DNA from: Octopus vulgaris
Lineage: Eukaryota
Direction of reading: 5' to 3'
Assembly: GCA_951406725.2 (NCBI GenBank)
Contig: OX597820.1
Span: forward strand, 55,800,001 to 55,864,000
DNA length: 64,000 bases
The notes under the pieces were generated by a model, which was not told where the DNA came from, searched no databases, and saw nothing but the letters and a program-made list of their open reading frames with translations. The position numbers and the translations under genes are program-made. Below are positions 53,905 to 64,000 of the stretch, one piece after another. The first letter of the stretch is position 1; each line of letters begins with the position of its first letter.

Positions 53905-54959
53905 TCCATTGATAAAATCATACTCGTTAACCTCAAGTTATAAAACCAGTAAGTGATAGCACTGAGTTAAAAAAGTAAACAAATTCACTTAATTGGCATT
54001 TGTTTAAGACAGGAATATGATATGGTGATTCTCAGAGAATCCTTTTCTCTCTCATTTCTTAATTTCACATCTGTTTCTACTGTATTTGCAAACGTTTCAT
54101 TGAATATGTATAAACATAATTGCTTCTGTGAAATCTGTCGCCTTATATGACATTTTATTAATTTTCTTTAAACTTGACAAATGATTTACTTTAGCATTTT
54201 TTTCTTCTTGCAGCTGACAAAAATAACTTCCAAGTATTAATTCATTTGAAATGATTTTCCTCCACACAGGTAAATGGAGATTCAAATCTATTGTTACCCC
54301 AGCATTTATCCACTTCCAATTCTTAATTGTTTGCTTTCTCTCAACGACATTCCCGGTTGATTCCACTCAGAATGTATTGACTTGAAAACGGTTTACAATT
54401 TTGTAAGCCTAAAAGATAATTTCTTAATTTAGGTGATGATCTGCTGTTAAGATATTCAAGATTTCATGTTTACCATTATTAGCTCCTACATTCAAATTCA
54501 AATCTCACAAGTAACAGTTTTTACCTCTCAAGCATTCAGAGTGAAAATACATACTAAACATGAACTAGAATAACCACTTTTTATTTAAAAAAAAAAACAT
54601 CTTCAAATTTGTGGTACTCTGTCAACACAAAAAAAATCACTTCATGCCATTGTCATAATATCCATGCTTACACGGAGGGAAATAAAATTTTCAGAACAAA
54701 TTTTCTACAACCAGATATGATTCCTAGCTCCAAGTAAGATATTATTTCCTCATGACTAGACATGTTCTCAATAAAGAATTGAAAAAAGGACACCGCTAGC
54801 ATAGGAATGACATTCATTTACAATTACCAAGCAAAGGCAAGAAGACTGTAACACACACACTCTTATGCACAGAGTCATCCAACCTGTACCAGCTTGGATC
54901 ATGAATGTTAAATGATGATGATGATGTGTGTGTATGGCCATGATCATGATGATAAAATA

Positions 54960-55110
54960 ATGGGCTTCTTTCAGTTTCTATCAACCAAATCCATTCACAA
55001 GATTTTGTTGGCCAGCAGCTATAGTCAAAAACTCCTGCCCAAGGAATCCACGCAGTGGAACTGAACCTGAAACCATGCTGTTGAGAAACAAACTTAACCC
55101 ACAGCCACAT
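54960..55110 (-). mobile_element. SINE head, degenerate
   Basis: Similar to 1905-2058. Confidence 0.7.
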
Positions 55111-56041
55111 GCATGTATGTATGTATGTACGTACACACATACACCAAGTCAGACAGGCATACAATGGATTATTCAAGGAAATCTTCTCTGATGCAATCTA
55201 CTTAGTTTTTCTTCATATATTTCCTACAAAAACATGATGACGAGTAACTTCTCAAATGTTATTACCATTATTGAAGTGTGATTTCAACTGTTTTAAACTG
55301 CATTGGAAATGGGTATTTAGCAACATCTGTAAAGATTTTTTATTATTGCAAGAATGCTTTTTAGGTTTTCTTACAAATGTATTTTGTTTAGTAACTTCTT
55401 AAGACAAACATAGGAAGCCATCTGTGTAGTTTCCCTCATTTCTGTCTCCAATAATGTACAAAGAAACATCCTTATTATATTTTACTGTTGAACATTAAAA
55501 TACATTAGTTATTGCAGCCATCCAGTTTTAGTTTTTTCTTAGCCTGGTTACAAACCATATCAGGAATATTAGCCAGCCTTTAGTTCCTCATATTATATCA
55601 TTAACTTTTTTCAAGCTATAGTTTCAAATCAAGTCAGCTAATAAAGCAAGAGATTATGCGACTTTGTATACCTTTCTTTTACAAGCTACTTCAAGACAAG
55701 ATTAAAGCATTCAATGATGCAGGTTATTTTGTCTTTTAAAACATAGAGCTGATTCAGTAACTCTATGCTCAAATCAATCCTATCCTGAGATGAAAAACCA
55801 TTACCTAAAAGCAAGACTTCAACCATAAAATTCCAGCGAGATCACTACACAATAAGATTAACTTTCATTATTTCACTCTTTGTTAATAGCTCAACACTTT
55901 CTGAGTATAATACAATAAAATAGCCTGAAATTCAGACAAAACCATTTTCACAATTTGAATATTATTTGAGTAGCTTATACAATAAATTTCTGAATTAACA
56001 TTTGCAACTGTAAGGCATGACAGAAACATAAAACTCCTTAC

Positions 56042-56119
56042 CTGCCATCAAGGTCTCTGACAGCGCGTTCAGCATCTTCTGGGTATTTGAAAACCAAAAA
56101 TGCAAATCCTGGTGGGTTT
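56042..56119 (-). CDS. SR splicing factor (SRSF3/SRSF7/Rbp1-like), RRM exon (NPPGFAFLVFKYPEDAERAVRDLDGR)
   Basis: tttag| and |gtaagg on -; 78 nt. Close to SRSF3 '[27 protein letters not shown]'. The upstream RRM exon was not found within the window. Confidence 0.93.
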
Positions 56120-57053
56120 CTAAATACAATAAAAAATTTATAGTAAAAAATAGAATGAAAAATTAAAACTGATGTGTAATAAAAGCAAAACAACAAAAAA
56201 AAATAACCATCAAAAGAAGAATGTTGTAATATTAAACACTAGCAATATCAAAGAATCCTGAATCAAATGCGGAGATGCTGCCAGTGTGAGAGTGTGTGTG
56301 TGTGTGTGTGTGTGTATGTTTTATTTAGGCCAGGAAGAAGCAATGTCCATGATCTTTGAAATGTCCCTCCCAAACTGAGAGATGTCTGTAGAGAAATCAT
56401 GGGCATGGAGGGAGGAAGGGAGATCAAGATGGCTTTACGCCAGGAAAGAGAAGATGGAACAAAGTGTTTAGCATGGGATTTAGGAATAACACACAACAGA
56501 GGAGAAAAAGAGAAGCAAATGAGTTGGATGGGTCTAGTCTTGCCAATTCCAAAGAGCAGACATAGTTTTAGCAGAAGGGATAGAATGAACTAACAGGGCA
56601 ATAGTGTGTTTTTTAGTGAATGAACCTTGATGGTTTTCTTTTAGATGTGGTCCTAAATATGTGTGTGCAGCAGCAGCTTGATGATTCCAGGTGTAATCTC
56701 AATGCTAATGTTAATATTACCTCTTCAAAAGTACAGCAAATAGCAGCACTTCCAAGATAGTTAAACAATAGATAGCAATATAAGAAATGGAATGAGACAA
56801 TGTTTAGAAAAGACATTAGGTCTTTTACCACTTTCAAATTATTCTTGCCACAGACAAATTTTTGAGTAAAGAGAACAGCTCTGGAGTTAAAAGGACAGCA
56901 ACATTTCATATCAATTAATTACACTTCTGTTATTGTTTAGCCTTCATTAAATGTGGTGATAATGGCAGATGACACGATTGCAGACAAGCTAACATTTGAT
57001 GATGACCCACAGAATTAATCAGGTCCAACATGTCAGGCTCAGTTGAAACTTAC

Positions 57054-57211
57054 CGGTCAGTTAGCTTTCTAGTTACGAATTGTATTTCTGATGTTGGTGC
57101 TTAGTATTGTTGCTATTGCTGGTATTAGTAATGTTGCTGTGGTGGTGGTAATGGTGGTAGTAGTAGTAGAGGTGGTGGTAATAGTGGTGGTGGTAGTAGT
57201 AGTTGGTATTG
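57054..57211 (-). other. Second candidate poison exon within the RRM-coding region, 158 nt
   Basis: ttgtttcttcattcag| and CG|gtaagt; frameshifting, with an in-frame TAA at 57075-57073; (CTA/CCA)n-rich. Confidence 0.45.
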
Positions 57212-58987
57212 CTGAATGAAGAAACAAGATGTATCTTAGTATGTTATCTATACCTCTCTGTACTGGTTCATTAAGACAAGTTACTTAAGAAAACACATCT
57301 ACCACATGAATTTTCAACCAGTTTCTTTTTCAGAGCTAGCAACTATACTTGGCCTACATTGGTGATGACTACTCTGTAGACAAATAACAGTAAGTAGTAG
57401 CAAGTGCTTTTAAAAAAAGAATATTAGATATATCTGTGGTAAATCTAACAGTTTGCAATGATCACGTCCATATAGAGAACCTCTGCACATGTACAAGTGC
57501 AAGAATTGATTTATATAAGCCAAGATGAATTCACTAAATGGCTGAAATACATAAGTATATAAAAAAATATTCAATAGAAACTACACACGAAACTTAAAGC
57601 TGGAAGGATGGGAAGAATACTTCTTAAACCAATCGTAACAAAGAAGCTATTAAAACCAGTTGTATCTAAATGGTATTATATAAACAATATTATATATAAA
57701 TCTACTCTAATCCAAAATCACACAAAAATAATCTGGAAATCCAACTAGGTTTTAAGAATAGCTGGGAAAATAATGTTTTCAGTAAGAAATGGTTATACAA
57801 CAGCAAGGTAAAAAAATTGAGATTTTTTTTTTTCAATCAGCAAGCACTGAATTATAAAATACACAAGAGAGTAAAAATGTTTTTTTTTAAATATCTGGTA
57901 AAAAAATTTCTTTTTCTCAAGTCAAAAACCAACAATTATATCCTCAGAGAAATATGGTTTTCAGGAAAACAAAAACAAATGAGATGATGATAACAGATCT
58001 AAAAAATAAAGCTTATGAAAATAAATTAATTTCTCTAAATAAGTGCAGTAAATGATGTGAATAAATGAGAAAAAGGATTAAGTTCAAATAGGTAAGAAAA
58101 ATTGGGTATGTATATAAAGTGCAGAGCTGGCTGGATAGTCAATCAGATGGTTCTCTGTTCAGTTTCACAATGTAGTACTTAGGGCAAGGTCTTCTGCTAG
58201 AGTCACAGGTTGAGCAAAGTCTTGTGAATGGATTTGGTAAAACAAAACTGGAACAAAGCCTATTGCATGTGTGTATGTTTAGACTTGTGCTTCTCCAAAA
58301 ATTCACTTAGTTGCAGACAGTGACATTGCTGTCATTTCCCTTACCAATAGGTCATTTGTTGGCTTTGAGACTTCAAAAACATGTGAAATAACATGTATGG
58401 AGAGGTTGGTGCAACTTCACTCACAAGATATTGGTCAATGAAGTGTTATATTAAAAGATAGCAGCTGACAGCATCAACAGCAACACCAGACCTTAACTAC
58501 TAGGTCCTGAAATAAACTTCCTAACCTCACAGCTGTAACTCTCTCTCTCTCACTCACACACACACATGGTGAGTTCCTTAAAGTTCCAGTCTTACAAATT
58601 TCACTCACGGCAACAGTAAATGACATCAGCCAAAAGCAAACCACACAGCAAAGAATGAATCTTAAACCACATCATTTATGAACTGAATTTCTTTGTAACA
58701 GCACATTCTGTTTTAAAGTAATTATTTCTTCACAATCCTTTGACGAAAGTATATCCTGAAATGGCAGCTTATTCTGTTCTGTAGTGCCAATGCTGAATTG
58801 GGCAAAAGATCGTTAACTACTAGCAGGTAAGAGATGGTGTTGCCCCCTGTGCATGCTTTATCCTTTGGTGAATTGTACTAATGATTCTGTCAGTCTGAAT
58901 GGAGTGTAATCTATTGGCAATGGGAATGTTTGGTTCTATGAATCCAAACTGTAAAAGTTTTTATACAAAACAGCATTATTAATATTT

Positions 58988-59087
58988 GCAGGGATATGGT
59001 CCAGGTGGTGGGGTTCCAGACAGGTCTACGATCAAGCCTATGGCAGTGGAGACCCCTGGAACCCCACCACCTGGACCATATCCCTGC
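58988..59087. repeat. Perfect 32-bp GC-rich inverted repeat with a 36-nt spacer
   Basis: gcagggatatggtccaggtggtggggttccag (58988-59019) and its exact reverse complement (59056-59087). Confidence 0.95.
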
Positions 59088-60893
59088 TCATTGATATCAG
59101 GGCAGAGGTGGCTATCCACACTTGCAGGCCCCACAAGTCAGAGTGACTGTTCCACTCTCTCACCACCCTCTGGGGCAATGCCTTTTCCATTTTGTCTGCT
59201 GGGACCAAGAGGTGGTCTGATTTACAGGAAATCCACGAGAATGTAAGAATGTTGTAGCTTACTACATGAGATTGGTCAGTATAAAGCAATTAGAATATTA
59301 TTTATTGTAATAAATTAGTAAACTTATGGTTGGAATTATATTGTAGATTTTATAATTGCTTCAACCATAGGTATAAGGCCACTAAATTTGGAGAGAGGGA
59401 AGAGTCAATTTATTATACAGACCCATACAATGAGGAAAGGCAAATAGGAGATATACTAAATACTGCAAAAACATTTTATCCTCCTCAATATTTATCTTCC
59501 AGACCACCACCTTTGATATTATTCTCAATAATGAGAATATGAATAATGAACAGATCAGTAAATAAGGTGTGTTATTTCCTGACAGCATTTATTATCCCAG
59601 GATTAAGATTAATGAGAGAGGCAATGACCTCAGTCAATAATGTACTGAACAAACTGTGGAGACAGAGATATCAATGGTATTCTATCATCAACACTGTATT
59701 AGGTCTGCAACCAAGACATTTGTTCCAAACCACTCAGCAAAACTGATAAAAATCTTAATTTGCAGATTTCAGCTTGCCCTTCAAAGAGAGGGTTTTCTTT
59801 TTCTTTCCTTGTGGTCAAACCCAAAACCTCTGTCATGATACTCATCCTTAGAATTCATCCTATCACTCATCAGAATCACAGACTAGGACCTCTCCTCTTG
59901 TATCCATCTATCTAGGACAAATTTGGCATTAAGTTCTTTTTCTGGTTACTGAAACCTATTTGGCAGGAAACAGCTTCAACAGGTACAAACATTTCCATAC
60001 AAGACAATAAAAATTTCATGACCGGTGCTAAAGCAGAAATGAATGAATGAATGAATGGCCAAGCTTAACAGGAAAGATATAAAATAAGCACACCTTCCCT
60101 TGAACAAACACAAAAGGATTATTCTAAATATATTAAAAATAATCACTTAAGCATAATACTCAGCATGTATAAACATGTCTTTTTAGAAAAGTAGCTCTGT
60201 CTATGTATGTCACACACTAACATAGCTTTATAAGTTACAGCTCTGCACAGATCAGAATATGAGAGAACACCTGTAGTCAGAAATGACCATGTATAATGAA
60301 TGTATGGACAGAGTACATCTCTCTCTCTCTCTCTTTCCCCCATCACACATTCCTAAAAAGATATATAAGCTACAGTAGACAAATAAATAGACCTTGTTAA
60401 TACCTCCATCAGCCTTTCATGTATACAAAGCAGGAAACAACAGAGTGGATTATTACAAAACCCTATTACAATACTATCATATCACTATCATTCCTACTAG
60501 TAGTAGTAGACATATCTCCTAGCCTTGAGAACAATAACCACTGCTAGCTATCTCTAATATAGGTTAGCCAGTAGCTAAAATCTGGCTCTGGGTTGCTGTT
60601 GGTAACAGCATAACAATGACAAGCTCCCCCATCCACCCCACCGTATCTAGTTCAGAGGGGTGGGGTCTGTCGTCATTAGTTCTTTTCAGGCTTTATTCCA
60701 CTATTCCACCCCCTTTCAAACACATGACTATTAATATACAAATAATAAAAAAAAATATATAGAAACTTTGCATAAAACAATTCTATTGTATTGCAACAGT
60801 GATCAACAACCACTATCATTATCCATCACAGTGACCAAAATGACAAAGACCACCACATATGTACATGTGTGTGTGTGTATGTGTGTGTATACA

Positions 60894-62132
60894 CACGGGT
60901 TGGACAAAATAATGGAAACACCTAGCATCATAATTTTGAAATATTTATAACACTGTCAAAAGCTTGCTCTTTTTATGTTTTTTTAAATTTATTATTAGTG
61001 TTGCTTAATATGGTTTGCTAAAATTGCTGTTTCCTTTCAGATATCATCAGAAAAAGGTAATTAAAATTCATTAAAGAGGTCAAATTGTTGGTGCTCGTAT
61101 AGCAGGTGCTAGCGTAACGAAAACAGCTGAAATGTTTGGTGTATCAAGAAGTACTGTCTCAAAAGTAATGACAGCCTTTGAGAAAGAGGGAAACAAAACA
61201 AAACTCCAGAAGAAAACTAAAACTTTCAGATAGGGATCGTTGGACTCTTATGCAAATTGTTAGAAAGGATCACAAAATTGCAGCTCCCAAAATTACAGCA
61301 GAGCTTAATGACCACCTTGAGAACCCAGTTTCTACTAAAAACTGTTCGCCGGGAGCTACACAAAGCCGGATTTCACAGGAGGGCTGCAATTAGAAAAGCA
61401 CTACTTTCAAAAACAAATGTTGCAAAGCATTTAGAGTGGAATAAAAACCTACAGAATTGGTCCCTAGAGCAGTGGAAGAATGTTATTTTCTCGGATAAGT
61501 CATCCTTTATCTTATTTCTGACTCCCGTCCAAGTATACTTGTGGAGACAGCCAAAAGAAGCATTTAACCCAGACTGCCTTCTTCCAACTGTTAAACATGG
61601 AGGTGGGTCTGTGATGATTGGGGGGGGGCTATATCTTGGAAATCTGCTGGCCCAATGGTTTCCCTTCATGACAGAATTAATAGACAAGACTATTTAAGCA
61701 TTTTATTTGATCAGATTCATTCCATGGTTGTGGAATTGTTTCCGGAGGGATGTGCAATCTTTCAGGATGATAATGCACCAATTCATACAGCTAAAATTGT
61801 TACTGAATGACACGAGGAACATTCTAGTGAAGTTGAACATCTTATCTGGCCACCACAGTCCCCAGATCTCAATATTATTGAACATTTATGGTGCATTTTA
61901 GAAAAACAAGGAGTTGATATTCTCCACCATCATCACTACAAGAACTGGAGACTGTTTTAGCTGAAGAATGGACAAAAATTCCTTTGTAAACAATTCAAAC
62001 TTTGTACGAGTCCATACCTCGTAGAATTCAAGCTGTAATTACTGCCAAAGGCAATCCTACCCCATCATCATCGTTATTAAAATAAATTTGCTTGAAATTT
62101 TAAGGCGTTTCCATTATTTTGTCCAACCCTTG
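60894..62132 (+). mobile_element. Full-length decayed Tc1-like transposon, 1239 bp
   Basis: About 30-bp TIRs gggttggacaaaataatggaaacacct and aggcgtttccattattttgtccaaccc. Transposase motifs WKNVIFSDKS, PTVKHGGGSVM, FQDDNAPIH, WPPQSPDLNIIEHLW with frameshifts and stops. Confidence 0.93.
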
Positions 62133-62149
62133 TATATGTATATATGGGT

Positions 62150-62340
62150 ATCATCATCATTTAACATCCACTTTCCATGCTGGCATGAGCTGGACGGTTT
62201 GACTGAGGACTGGCAAGCCAGAAGGCTGCACCAGGTCCAATCTCATCTGACAAGATTTCTACAGCTGGATGCCCTTCCTAACGACAACCACTCAGAGTAT
62301 AGTCAGTGCTTTTTATATGCCACCGGCACCGGGGCCAGTC
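62150..62340 (-). mobile_element. RTE 3' tail repeat
   Basis: catcatcatttaacatccactttccatgctggcatg...cagctggatgcccttcctaac. Confidence 0.8.
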
Positions 62341-64000
62341 TCCCTGCAAATTGCTGGCATCATTTAATTTAAAATCATTATTATTATTATTATTGTATTG
62401 AGTTAGCAAAAATAGCAAAAGACTAGTCAAAGTTCAAATCTAGTCATGGCTGCTTTATAATTCCCAGCAGAAATTTTTCCTATTAAAAATAAACTCACAA
62501 TCTGACAATGCCTTAAAGGCTAGTCAAACTAAGTGCATCGCTTAAATACATACCACACAACCTTCAGCAAAAAACTTCTGATCCATGAGAAAAGCAAAAA
62601 AAAAAATTTTAATCACATTGTTACTGAGCATAAAACCCCACATATACAAAAGAGTTAAAAGTCTTATTGAAAATACAAAACATTTCATTAGAAACAGAAC
62701 ATCCACAACATGAATGAATGCATGATATTCTATCCACCTTACACTTATACTTCTTATTGAAACACAGTATCCTAAATGAAAATTCAGAGGCAGAAAAGTA
62801 ACAAGTAAATCCAAAAGTGTTCTAGTTACTGTAAATAGCTACCAGACAAATCAATGTTAAATTTTTTTTTTTTTTTAATATATAGCAGTATGATGGCAAA
62901 TTTATCTTTTGCAACACACATTTTATATAGACTCACTCAAAAACTCAGTACAGCCCTCTCTGTCATACACACATACACACTCACACCCATATATGTATAC
63001 CCAGTCCATCCTTCATCCACCAATATGAATCTATTCCTGTCATGGCAACATTCCAACTAGAGCCAATTCTAGGTACATGTACCTCTCCCCATTTCCAAAC
63101 ATAAACACAGCTAAAAAGATATTCTATTTTCATTACCTTTTCTCAGAAAATATCAAGGAAAAGATAACTTATCATCATCATCATTCCTACATAAAAGCCT
63201 TTGATTAAGGAACTGCTTTCCAATTCATTACTCTTTTCCATAAAACCACTCTAGATATAAGGGAGCAATGAAGTTTGTTTTTTATTCTCTACTATGCTAG
63301 TGTGGCAAACTTGCTCATATATTTGAAGTAAGGAAAACCAGAAGAAAAATTTATACAAACATCCATCCATCTAATCAATGCTATGTTTTTACACACAGAC
63401 TTACACATTAAGAGATAATCAAAACCAAATGTTAAAAACATTTTTCTTGTTTGTGAATAAGCTAAAAATACAATTTTCAATAGTCAGGTCAGTAACACAT
63501 TTTCCTTTGTTTCTACATCCATCTGCCATGCTAGTATGGGTTAGAGGAAGAATATTTTACTGAGGTTTTTCATGTAAGAGATCTCTTATTCCACACCATC
63601 TTCAAAGGTGCAAAGCTAGTAGATCATTTGTTGACGAGAAATGGCAATGTTACTCTTTGTAGCTAAGCAATTTACAGAGAACAAATGTAATCAAACAAAC
63701 ATAAGTAATGGAAAAAGGGGTGCTTCTTTTAGTTTCTGTCAATCAGTTCTACTCTGAAAGCTTTGGTCAGCCCAGGGTTATACAAGAATATACATGTCTA
63801 CAGAGCTGCACAGTGTGATTGAACATGAAATCCTATGATTGAAAAGTGGAACTTCTTAAGCACACAATCACACTTGCACCTTACAGAGCCAACTCTTAGT
63901 GATTTATTAAACATTAGTTCAAACAAGTGTTCCAACCATGACCATCCCATCTTATGTTATCAGATTTGTAGCATATAAGAACAAAAGTACTCCAATTCTG

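Noticed and set aside
60894-62132. Active transposase
   Set aside because: Multiple frameshifts and stops; the same applies to the elements at 15.3-16.3, 20.2-21.2 and 21.7-22.2 kb.
57300-64000. First coding exon or promoter of the SR gene
   Set aside because: No RNP2/'VWVAR'-type coding segment was found on -; it probably lies beyond the window.

Overview
AT-rich eukaryotic DNA whose SINE families and microsatellites look like a coleoid cephalopod, probably Octopus (inference). Two convergent genes are visible. (1) On +, the last five coding exons of a TMC (transmembrane channel-like, TMC5/7-type) gene (2270-13863), with a probable 3'UTR intron. (2) On -, six coding exons of an SRSF3/SRSF7/Rbp1-like SR protein (56119 down to 29323; the 5' end lies outside the window). 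The SR gene's introns hold a candidate regulatory set: a 682-nt poison exon, a second 158-nt poison candidate inside the RRM, an in-frame 27-nt microexon, and a 19-nt stop microexon or recursive site. The TMC introns carry hammerhead-ribozyme motifs: one with a complete core inside a fold-back element, and others in a tRNA-headed SINE-like element that inserts as inverted pairs. The rest is SINEs, RTE-LINE fragments, Tc1/mariner relics, MITEs, Helitron-type elements and a 48-bp minisatellite. All calls were made by eye; no searches were run.
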